Assembly: GCA_031364845.1 (NCBI GenBank)
Contig: JANLWX010000216.1
Coordinates: 1-33,602, forward strand
Direction of reading: 5' to 3'
Source of the DNA: Candidatus Eiseniibacteriota bacterium
GTDB taxonomy: Bacteria > Eisenbacteria > RBG-16-71-46
Length of the DNA: 33,602 nucleotides
Shown here: positions 1 through 7,801 of the stretch, piece after piece
Position numbering within the stretch: the first letter of the stretch is position 1
How the letters are laid out: every line of letters begins with the position of its first letter
Position numbers and translations under genes: made by a program
Notes under the pieces: model-generated
What the model saw: the letters and a program-made list of their open reading frames with translations, nothing else
Told to the model about the DNA's origin: nothing
The model's database searches: none

Positions 1-14
1 TTCTTGCGCGCCAC
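1..14 (-). CDS. 5' end of an unknown gene running off the left edge (MARK...)
   Basis: GTG at 14 preceded by AAGGAGAGGGG RBS and a sigma70-like promoter at 44-72; only 4 codons visible. Confidence 0.5.
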
Positions 15-43
15 GGGTCCCCTCTCCTTGAAAGTGAGCGCGC

Positions 44-72
44 ACCTTACGAAGCGCCCTGCGGAGCGTCAA
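44..72 (-). promoter_or_regulatory. sigma70-like promoter TTGACG-N17-TAAGGT
   Basis: -35 at 72-67 and -10 at 49-44, upstream of an RBS and the GTG at 14. Confidence 0.55.
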
Positions 73-1090
73 GCTCCATCAGGTCCGCTTCGAGATCCTC
101 AGGAGCCACATCGAGGCCGTAGCGCCTGAGCTTCTTGAGCAGGCCCTGCCGCGAGAGCCCGAGCGTGCGCGCCGCGCGCGATTTGTTGCCGCGCGCGCGG
201 TCCAGCGCTTCGCGGAGCCGCCGTTCCTCGAGCGCACGCGTTTCGGCGTGCAGTCCGTGTGCTGCGCGCGCGTCGGCCGCGGTGACCCAGCGGTGCGGCC
301 AGTGCTCGAGCCCGACCTGCTCGCGCGCGCCCGCGACGCGCACGGCGTAGGCGCAGCCGTTCGCCAGCTCGCGCACGTTGCCCGGCCATGCGTGCCGCAG
401 CAGGCGCTCGCCCAGCTCGGGTGCCAACTGCGGAGGCTCGATCCGCAGCGTCGCCGCGGCGCGCGCCAGGAACGCACGCGCGAGCAGCACGACGTCGGTG
501 CCGCGTTCGCGCAGCGGAGGCAGCTCGATGCGCACCGCGTTCAGTCGGTAGTAGAGGTCCGCGCGGAACTCCCCGCGCCCGATGTGGTCCTCGAGCCGCC
601 GGTGGGTCGCCGAAACGATCCGCACGTCGATCTTCCGCACGCGGACATCGCCGACCCGGCGCGCCTCGCCCTCCTGCAGCACGCGCAGCAGCTTCATCTG
701 GAGCAAGGCACTCGCGTCGCCAATCTCGTCCAGGAACAACGTGCCGTGATCGGCGGACTCGAACAGCCCGCCGCGATCGGCGACCGCGCCCGTGAACGAT
801 CCCTTCGCATGCCCGAACAGTTCGCTCTCGATCAGACTGTCCGGGGTGGCGCCACAGTTATGGGCGACGAACGCGAGCCGCCGCCTCAGGCTCAGCTCGT
901 GGATCGCCTTCGCCACGAGTTCCTTGCCGGTTCCGGTTTCACCGAGGATCAAAACCGGCAGATCGCTCTCGGCGATGCGCGGCAGCGCGGCGCGCACTTC
1001 ACGCCACGGCGGCGACTCGCCGATCAGATCCGGTGCTCCGTACTCGTGCGTCTCGCGGGCGCGATCGAACATCAGGGTTCCGCTCTCCAT
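47..1090 (-). CDS. sigma54-dependent transcriptional activator (AAA+ and Fis-type HTH, no N-terminal sensor)
   Basis: Walker A GETGTGKE, ESELFGH-x-KGSFTGA, Walker B LFLDEIGD, FRADLYYRL, WPGNVREL, C-terminal HTH GNKSRAARTLGLSR; GGAGG RBS before ATG 1090. Confidence 0.92.
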   Translation of the reverse strand: MESGTLMFDRARETHEYGAPDLIGESPPWREVRAALPRIAESDLPVLILGETGTGKELVAKAIHELSLRRRLAFVAHNCGATPDSLIESELFGHAKGSFTGAVADRGGLFESADHGTLFLDEIGDASALLQMKLLRVLQEGEARRVGDVRVRKIDVRIVSATHRRLEDHIGRGEFRADLYYRLNAVRIELPPLRERGTDVVLLARAFLARAAATLRIEPPQLAPELGERLLRHAWPGNVRELANGCAYAVRVAGAREQVGLEHWPHRWVTAADARAAHGLHAETRALEERRLREALDRARGNKSRAARTLGLSRQGLLKKLRRYGLDVAPEDLEADLMELDAPQGAS

Positions 1091-1137
1091 CCCGACCTCC
1101 CTCATCCCTGCCACCCCGGGGAACCACGGACCCATCA

Positions 1138-2163
1138 CTACATCGTCCACTCCACACCACGCTCGCCGCCGGCGAGCACGCCGATCTCGTGCACGGTTTC
1201 TCCCGCGCCCTGCCATTCGCGCATCAGCGCGGCCGAATCTTCGGCGGCGCACACCACGACCATTCCGATCCCCATGTTGAAGCTCGCGCGCGCATCGTCG
1301 ATCGGAATCTCGCCGGCTGCCATCAGCCACCGCATGAGCGGTGGGACCTCCCACGACGAAGCACGCACGCGCGCACGCACACCGTCCGGCAGCACGCGTT
1401 CGAGGTTGCCGGCGATCCCGCCGCCGGTCACATGCGCGAGCGCGCGCAGCTTTCCCGCTGCCAGCGCCGGGAGCAGTGCCGCGCCGTACCACCGATGCGG
1501 CGCGAGCAGCGCATCGGCGAGCGAGACCGCGGAACCGGGCACCGCATCGGACAGCCGCAGGCCCGAGCGCGCGACCACGCGGCGCGCGAGCGAGAACCCG
1601 TTGGTGTGGAGTCCCGCGGCACCGAGACCCAGCAGCACGTCGCCCGAGCGCGCACCTTGGCCGTCGATCACGGCGTCCGGATCGACGCTGCCGATCATGC
1701 AGCCCGCGACATCGACCACGCCGGGGAGATAGGTGTCGGGCATCTCCGCCGTTTCCCCGCCGAGCAGCACGGCACCCACTTCACGGCATGCGCGCGCGAT
1801 CCCGCGCACGACCTCGGACACCACCTCGGTATCGAGCCGCGATTGCGCGACGTAGTCGAGGAACGCAAGCGGACGGGCGCCGTGGACCAGCAGATCGTTG
1901 GCGCCGTGATAGACGAGATCAGCGGCGGCGTCCGCGACACGGCCCGCTTCGAGCGCCACGTGCAGCTTGGTGCCGACGCCGTCCATGGTGGCCGCGACCA
2001 GACGCGGCGTACCCGCGCGCGACGCGGGAAACTCCATCACGCCCGCGAAGCCGTTCGGGATCGGCCGCACCGCCCTGGACCACGTCGAACGGACCGCTTC
2101 GCCGATGCCCTGCTTCAAGGCGTCGGACCGCGCGAGATCGACGCCGGCGTCGCGATAGCGCAT
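1138..2163 (-). CDS. purM: phosphoribosylformylglycinamidine cyclo-ligase
   Basis: YRDAGVD start, DGVGTK, PLAFLDY, GGETAEMP, GLHTNGFSL, HVTGGG, FNMGIGM; TGATG overlap with the upstream stop. Confidence 0.95.
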   Translation of the reverse strand: MRYRDAGVDLARSDALKQGIGEAVRSTWSRAVRPIPNGFAGVMEFPASRAGTPRLVAATMDGVGTKLHVALEAGRVADAAADLVYHGANDLLVHGARPLAFLDYVAQSRLDTEVVSEVVRGIARACREVGAVLLGGETAEMPDTYLPGVVDVAGCMIGSVDPDAVIDGQGARSGDVLLGLGAAGLHTNGFSLARRVVARSGLRLSDAVPGSAVSLADALLAPHRWYGAALLPALAAGKLRALAHVTGGGIAGNLERVLPDGVRARVRASSWEVPPLMRWLMAAGEIPIDDARASFNMGIGMVVVCAAEDSAALMREWQGAGETVHEIGVLAGGERGVEWTM

Positions 2164-3485
2164 CAGCGGTGGAGCCGCAGCGTACGGACGCGCAGATTGA
2201 GCAGGTCCTCGCTGCTCGGACTCGGAATCAGGGGAAAGCGCGCGGTTTCGTGGAGGCCCATTAGGCACGCCACGACACCGGCGTCGAACTGCGAACCGGA
2301 CCCGCGGCGCAATTCCGCGAGTGCGGCTTCGAGCGTCAGGGCGCGCCGGTAGGGCCGGTCCGACGTCATCGCGTCGAACGCGTCCGACACGTTCAAGATC
2401 CGCGCACCGAGCGGAACGTCGGCCGAGCGCAGTCCGAACGGATAACCTTGGCCGTCGGGCCGCTCGTGGTGCGAACGCACGATCTCCGAGGCGCGCCGCA
2501 GTGCCCTCACCTTCATCACGATTTCGGCACCCGCGGCGGGATGCGCGCGCAGCGTGCGCTGCTCCTCGTGCGACAGCGATCCCGGCTTCTGGAGGATGTA
2601 CTGGTGCTGCGGGCCGATCTTGCCCAGGTCGTGCACCAGTGCCGCGTACTCGATCTCCTCGACTTCGCGTTCGCGCAGTTTCATTCCCCGCGCAAGGCGC
2701 ACGGCGTACTCGGCGACGCGCACCGAGTGATGGCGCGTATAGGGATCGACCTCTTCCAGCACTTCGGTCAGCGCGCGCACGAAGTCTTTGAGGTCCGAGC
2801 GGATCTCGACGTAGAGCCGGAACGAATGGCGCGCGACCCAGAACGGCACCGCGAACAGCACGAGGCCCCACGGCCCGGCGCTGAAATAAGTCACCGTCGC
2901 GAGCACGCCGAGCGCGATGAACGACATGTGGTGGAAGATGCCGTGCTGGAAATTGCGCTCCCACACGCGCCACGGATCGGGCCCGTGGACGATGCCGACG
3001 ATGATGGAGGCGAGCGCGGAATTGACGAGGAAGTACGTGAGGCCCGCGACCACCAGCGGCACGATCTGCCCGGTGAACGAAAAGTTCGAGGGATCACCCC
3101 CCGCGAGGCGGTAGGCGTGGCCGGCGGCGAGGTCGGTGATCGCGACGATCGCCATGTTGTGGAACACGCGCACCGGCGGCTTGCGCAGCACCAGACCCTG
3201 CCCGATGCACAGGCTCAGCATGTCGAGCACCGCGGTCCACCACGGTCCGAGCACGATCAGGCACGGAAGGTCGACCACCGCACTGGCGGTCGCGTAGCCG
3301 CCGCCCGGAAGATCGACGGGCGTCAGCTCGTTCATGAGCATGAGCAGCAACGCGAGGATCAGCGCCGGCGCGTAAGGCAGCGGACCCGGCGACGTCATGA
3401 TCAACAACGCCGCCGCGAGAGAGATCGCGGCCGCGTAGTAGAGATGAAAGAGCCAGGGGCGGCGCTGAGACGGAGACTCAGTCAT
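2163..3485 (-). CDS. membrane-bound HD-GYP cyclic-dinucleotide phosphodiesterase with multi-TM N-terminal sensor (MASE-like)
   Basis: About 6-7 hydrophobic segments in the first ~225 aa, then HHSVRVA, HDLGKIG, HP, HHERPDGQGYP, DAFDAMTSDRPYR. Confidence 0.92.
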   Translation of the reverse strand: MTESPSQRRPWLFHLYYAAAISLAAALLIMTSPGPLPYAPALILALLLMLMNELTPVDLPGGGYATASAVVDLPCLIVLGPWWTAVLDMLSLCIGQGLVLRKPPVRVFHNMAIVAITDLAAGHAYRLAGGDPSNFSFTGQIVPLVVAGLTYFLVNSALASIIVGIVHGPDPWRVWERNFQHGIFHHMSFIALGVLATVTYFSAGPWGLVLFAVPFWVARHSFRLYVEIRSDLKDFVRALTEVLEEVDPYTRHHSVRVAEYAVRLARGMKLREREVEEIEYAALVHDLGKIGPQHQYILQKPGSLSHEEQRTLRAHPAAGAEIVMKVRALRRASEIVRSHHERPDGQGYPFGLRSADVPLGARILNVSDAFDAMTSDRPYRRALTLEAALAELRRGSGSQFDAGVVACLMGLHETARFPLIPSPSSEDLLNLRVRTLRLHR

Positions 3486-3529
3486 TCGGACACCATGAAG
3501 CGGGGCGGGTGAAGCTCGGGAAGAACCAG

Positions 3530-3756
3530 GAGGCCGACGTCTGATGGGAGGTGTACTACGTGTTCGTTACTGGAGCAACAACTGGCTTACCAGCCAGCCT
3601 TTCCAAAGAACTGGACCAGCACAACAATGAGTTCCACGAAACGCCTCCTGAGAAGTTTGAGGGAGGTGACGGTTGAACTGCGCGTCAGGTGGGACCGCTT
3701 CGCTGGTTCGCTTCGGAATTATCGCTTCGCTTCCTCCCTAGGAAGACGTCGGCCTC
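3530..3756 (-). repeat. long-range inverted repeat enclosing the peptide ORF
   Basis: GAGGCCGACGTCT (3530-3542) is the exact reverse complement of 3744-3756; pairing continues after an internal loop with GGGAGG 3546-3551 / CCTCCC 3733-3738. Confidence 0.75.
3587..3637 (-). CDS. small hydrophobic peptide, 16 aa, MELIVVLVQFFGKAGW (not in ORF track)
   Basis: AGGAGG at 3649-3644, 6-nt spacer, GTG start at 3637, TAA at 3589-3587; co-directional with both neighbours. Confidence 0.7.
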   Translation of the reverse strand: MELIVVLVQFFGKAGW

Positions 3757-4643
3757 AACACATATTCGGTGGGCTCACGCATCGGCAGCCCGCCGACAAT
3801 TCGATTCAAAGCAGAGAGCGTGGCGAGTACGACCGCCTCCTGGACATCCTCACCCACCGGGCAGCATCCCGCCAGACTTTTTTGCGTGCGGTGCGCCAGC
3901 AACTCGAGCGCCACCACCACGACATCGCCGCGCCCGGCACGCGTCACTTCGACGGCATCGAGGCTCAGCGCGAGTTGCTCGTCCAGGAATTCCTGCACCG
4001 TCGCGAGCGTCGCCTGAGCGATCAGCCGCAGCGCGCCGTCACGGGTGCCATAGCCTTCGGCGCTTGCGCTGCGCGGCATCCCCATCCAGTGCAATTCGAC
4101 TTCGGCGCGCGCGCGGCGGCCCGAAACGCGAAGATTCACGGAGCTGAAGCGGATGCGATCCGCGGCGTTCCCTGCGTCTTCGGACACGTGAGCTTCCCTC
4201 CCCGGCGAAATCGGCGCGGGCGGCGGAGGCGGCGTCACGGGCGGGTTCGCGGGAGCGTTACGCACCGGCCCGGGACTATTCGGCACGCCGGGATTGGAGC
4301 CCGTCGGCAGGTCGGGGACCTGCGAACGTTCATGGCCGCCTGCGGATCCGTTGGCGACGCGAGTGTCCGTGTGTGCAACGGCCTCGGGATCCTCGACCGC
4401 GGCTGCAAGATCACGCGTGAATGCCACGGAGACCACGCGATGGTCGATCGAACGGTCGAAGAAAGTCTGCAGTACGGTCTGGACGTCACGCACGATCTGT
4501 TTCGCCGTGCGGTGGGATCCGCTCGTGACGTGGATCTCGCGAATCTCGTCGTCCTCGGTGCGGATCCGCGCGCCATCCACACCGCGCAACTGACGGAGTT
4601 TCGCCTCGGCCAGTGCCGTCCAATTCTGGGGTGTCGTATCCAT
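3738..4643 (-). CDS. uncharacterised two-domain protein: N-terminal alpha/beta domain, Pro-rich linker, C-terminal domain resembling the LeuA allosteric/dimerisation fold
   Basis: IREIHV...RTAKQIVRDVQ...IDHRVVSVA, then PPVTPPPPPAP linker, then AEVEL...ASAEG and LAGCC...DVQEAVVLATLSALNR; GGAGG upstream of ATG 4643 (ATG 4694 is an alternative start); fold call is by resemblance only. Confidence 0.75.
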   Translation of the reverse strand: MDTTPQNWTALAEAKLRQLRGVDGARIRTEDDEIREIHVTSGSHRTAKQIVRDVQTVLQTFFDRSIDHRVVSVAFTRDLAAAVEDPEAVAHTDTRVANGSAGGHERSQVPDLPTGSNPGVPNSPGPVRNAPANPPVTPPPPPAPISPGREAHVSEDAGNAADRIRFSSVNLRVSGRRARAEVELHWMGMPRSASAEGYGTRDGALRLIAQATLATVQEFLDEQLALSLDAVEVTRAGRGDVVVVALELLAHRTQKSLAGCCPVGEDVQEAVVLATLSALNRIVGGLPMREPTEYVLRPTSS

Positions 4644-4711
4644 GAGATGTCGAGCCTCCGGGGGGTGAGGCATTGCGAGCTCTGACTTTAGCATAGGCTC
4701 ACACGCCTCGA

Positions 4712-5674
4712 CTAAGACTCGATCGCGGTCAGTACCGACGGATCGAGGTCGAAGTCCACCAGCCGATGGAGCACTTCCATGCGGCCCGCGATTTCCTCAC
4801 GCCCGGTCTCGACCAGCCGGGCCGGACTGAACCCTTCGATCGCGATCGACGCCATCACGGAACCCGCGACCAGAGCCTGCCGCATGGCGCCCGGATCCCT
4901 GCGCCCGCAGCGCGACAACCACCCGAGGAATCCACCCGCGAACGAATCCCCGGCCCCGGTCGGGTCGCTCAGCGAACCCACCGGGAAGGCAGGCGTGATG
5001 AAACGATCTTCACGGGACTGAAACAGGGCACCATGCTCGCCCTTCTTGATGATCACCGAGCGTGCGCCCTGCTCGAGCAGCCGGTCGGCGGCGCGGATCA
5101 ATTGCGTCTCCCCGGCCAGCGCGCGCGCCTCCTCTTCATTGAGCAGCGCGATGTCGACTTCGCGCAACACCTCGAGCACGCGGTCCGGCTTGCGCGCGAT
5201 CCAGTAGTTCATGGTGTCGGACAGCGTGAGCTGAGCGCCGCGCGTCTGACGGAGCACTTCGAGCTGCAGATCGGGATCGATGTTCGCGAGGAACACGAGC
5301 GGCGTCTTGCGGTGGGTCTCGTCGAGCTTGGGGTGGAACGCCGAGAACACGTTGAGCTGGGTCTCGAGCGTGTGCGCATGCCCCAATTCCACCGAATACT
5401 CGCCGCGCCAGCGGAACGTCCGCCCCGCGGCGGTCTCGAGCCCGCTCAGATCGATGCCGCGCGATTCGAACAGCTGGCGGTGCCCGTCGGGGAAGTCGTC
5501 CCCGACCACGGCGATCATGCGCACCGGCGCGAAGTGGCTCGCCGAGATCGAGAAGTAGGACGCCGAGCCGCCGAGCGCGTCGATCACTTCGCCGAACGGC
5601 GTGCGCACCGAATCGAGCGCCACCGAACCCACCACGAGAATCGGGGCGCGCTCCCCGGCCGCGGGCCGGCTCAC
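4712..5674 (-). CDS. PfkB/ribokinase-family sugar kinase
   Basis: VVGSVALD, LGGSASY, LNEEEA, IKKGEHG, DPTGAGDSFAGGF. Confidence 0.93.
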   Translation of the reverse strand: MSRPAAGERAPILVVGSVALDSVRTPFGEVIDALGGSASYFSISASHFAPVRMIAVVGDDFPDGHRQLFESRGIDLSGLETAAGRTFRWRGEYSVELGHAHTLETQLNVFSAFHPKLDETHRKTPLVFLANIDPDLQLEVLRQTRGAQLTLSDTMNYWIARKPDRVLEVLREVDIALLNEEEARALAGETQLIRAADRLLEQGARSVIIKKGEHGALFQSREDRFITPAFPVGSLSDPTGAGDSFAGGFLGWLSRCGRRDPGAMRQALVAGSVMASIAIEGFSPARLVETGREEIAGRMEVLHRLVDFDLDPSVLTAIES

Positions 5675-7392
5675 GCGGCCGGCTCCATCGCGCGTTCCAT
5701 GCGCTCCGGCGCCGACACACCCATCAGGGCGAGACCGTTGCGAACCACGATGCGTGTCGCGTCGACCAGCTGGAGCAAAGCGCGAGACAGTTCGACATCA
5801 TCGGTCACCACTCTGCAGTTGTGATAGAAGCGATGGAAACTCGCTGCGGCTTCCATCAGGTAGCTCGGAATCCGCTGGGGCTCGCGCGCGAATGCCGCGC
5901 CCCGCACCACTTCCGGGAACGTCGCGAGAGTGCGCACCAGCGCGATGGCCTCGGGTGCCAGCAGCTTCGTGAGATCGCCGCGTGCCGGCTCGAGCCCGCG
6001 CTCGGCGGCGAAGCGCAGCACCGAGCACACGCGCGCGTGCGCGTACTGCACGTAGAACGCGGGGTTCTCGTCGTTCTGCTGCTTCGCGAGATCCAGATCG
6101 AAATCGAGGTGCGCGCTGGTCCCGCGCAGCAGGAAGAAGAACTTGGCACAGTCGGCGCCGACGTCGTCCATCAGATCGCGCAGCGTGATGAATTCTCCGG
6201 CGCGCTTGCTCATCTTCACCGGCTGCCCCCCCGCCAGAAGATTCACCTGCTGGACGATCAGCACTTCGAGGAAATCGGGCTCGAGGCCGAGCGCCTGCAG
6301 TGCCGCATCGAGCGGCAGGATGTGTCCATGATGATCCGGTCCCCACAGATCGATCGCATGACGGAAGCCGCGGTTGCGCTTGTCGCGATGATAGGCGACA
6401 TCGGGCAGCAGATAGGTCGGGGATCCGTTGCCCTTGACGATCACGCGGTCCTTGTCGTCGCCGAAGCGGCTCGTGCGCAACCACGTCGCTTCGCTCGCGT
6501 CGGTAGTGTCGGCGCTCCGCTCGCCGCCCGAGGCGTCCACTTCGGGCTTGATCGCGCGATAGGTCATGCCGCGCGCCTCCAACTCGGCCAGCGACTTCGC
6601 GACATCGCCGCTCGCATGGACGCGCGACTCGCGGAACCACTGCGCGAACTCGGCGCCGTAGTCGGCGAGATCCTTGCGCTGCCACGCCAGCATCCGGTCG
6701 AGCGCGTGCTCGCGGAACCACGTGTTGTCCGAGCGGTCGAGCGCGGCGCGTGCTTCGGTCTTCGGCAACTCCGCGGCGACGTCGGCGATATAGGATCCCT
6801 GGTAGCCGTTGGCCGGAAGTTCGAGCGGAACTCCGATGCTCTCCGCGAACCGCGCGGCGACCGAGGCTCCCAGCAGATCCACCTGGTTGCCCGCATCGTT
6901 CACGTAGAATTCGCCCTCGGCGTCGTGCCCGGTCGCGCGCAACAGGCGCACCAGCGTCGCACCCACCGCGGCGGCGCGGGCGTTCACCACGTTGAGCGGA
7001 CCGGTGGGGTTGGCGCTCACGTACTCGACCTGGATCCGCAGACCCTGTGCGTGGTCGTGATGGCCGAACGCCTCGTTCTCGGCCGCGATCCGCGCGGGCA
7101 GACTCGCGACGAAACCGGGTGCGTAGCGGAAGTTGACGAAGCCCGGCCCTGCGACCTCGGCGGGACCGAACAGCGCGGGATCGTTCACACACGCCTCGGC
7201 GATCTTCTGCGCGAGCACGCGCGGCGGCTGCTTCAGCTCCTTCGCCAGCAGCATCGCGATGTTCGACGTCCAGTCGCCATGCGCGGGATCACGCGGGACC
7301 GCGAGCTCGATGCGCGCCGCGCGCTCCTCGCTCCACACCCCCAGCGTCTCGAGTGCCGCGGCCAGGCGGTCAGTCAGTTGCGTCCAGACCAA
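5671..7392 (-). CDS. argS: arginine--tRNA ligase
   Basis: HGDWTSNIAM, AGPGFVNF, VEYVSANPTGPL, EFYVNDAGNQ, DLWGPDHHGH, KMSKRAG, NPAFYVQYAHAR, GVSAPERM; TTG at 7392 follows GGAG (ATG 7410 is an alternative start). Confidence 0.95.
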   Translation of the reverse strand: MVWTQLTDRLAAALETLGVWSEERAARIELAVPRDPAHGDWTSNIAMLLAKELKQPPRVLAQKIAEACVNDPALFGPAEVAGPGFVNFRYAPGFVASLPARIAAENEAFGHHDHAQGLRIQVEYVSANPTGPLNVVNARAAAVGATLVRLLRATGHDAEGEFYVNDAGNQVDLLGASVAARFAESIGVPLELPANGYQGSYIADVAAELPKTEARAALDRSDNTWFREHALDRMLAWQRKDLADYGAEFAQWFRESRVHASGDVAKSLAELEARGMTYRAIKPEVDASGGERSADTTDASEATWLRTSRFGDDKDRVIVKGNGSPTYLLPDVAYHRDKRNRGFRHAIDLWGPDHHGHILPLDAALQALGLEPDFLEVLIVQQVNLLAGGQPVKMSKRAGEFITLRDLMDDVGADCAKFFFLLRGTSAHLDFDLDLAKQQNDENPAFYVQYAHARVCSVLRFAAERGLEPARGDLTKLLAPEAIALVRTLATFPEVVRGAAFAREPQRIPSYLMEAAASFHRFYHNCRVVTDDVELSRALLQLVDATRIVVRNGLALMGVSAPERMERAMEPAA

Positions 7393-7801
7393 GATCCACG
7401 CTCCGGGCATCGCCCCACAGGCGGTCCAGCATGTAGTACTCGCGCGTCTGCTCGTGGAACACGTGCACGACGATCTCGACATAGTCCAGCAGCACCCAGC
7501 GCCGTCCTTCGAGACCTTCGACGTGCCACGGGCGCGCGCCGCGCTCGCGCAACCGGTCCTCGACCGATTCCGCGATCGCCTTCACCTGCACTTCGCTCGA
7601 GCCGGAACAGATGAAGAAGTAATCGCACAGTCCGTTGTTCAATCCGCGCAGGTCGAGCGCCACCGGGTCGCGCGCCTTCTTCGCGATCGCGGCTTCGCCC
7701 GCGGCCTTCAACAGGTCGAGAGCGGACATCCGCGCGGCGGCTTTGGATCGGGGCATCGTGCGCGGATCGTCGGGACGGGGTTCGGGCGCGTGCGCGGTCA
7801 A
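7370..7801 (-). CDS. rsfS: ribosome silencing factor (Iojap family)
   Basis: KKARDPVALDL, DYFFICSGSS, QVKAIA, WVLLDY, VVHVF, REYYMLDRLWGDA; exact start uncertain. Confidence 0.92.
   Translation of the reverse strand: MTAHAPEPRPDDPRTMPRSKAAARMSALDLLKAAGEAAIAKKARDPVALDLRGLNNGLCDYFFICSGSSEVQVKAIAESVEDRLRERGARPWHVEGLEGRRWVLLDYVEIVVHVFHEQTREYYMLDRLWGDARSVDLGLDATD

Noticed and set aside
1091..1492. Long N-terminal extensions given by the ORF track (also for purM, glyA, batA, gatB, tsaC, the zinc-ribbon gene)
   Set aside because: They overlap upstream genes; downstream starts with an RBS or stop/start coupling fit the protein families better
3560..3676. Plus-strand 38-aa ORF (MFVTGATTG...) with a GGGAGGT SD, antisense to the peptide
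   Set aside because: The apparent SD is explained as the complement of a minus-strand anti-SD stem arm, and the product has no recognisable features; not fully excluded without Ribo-seq
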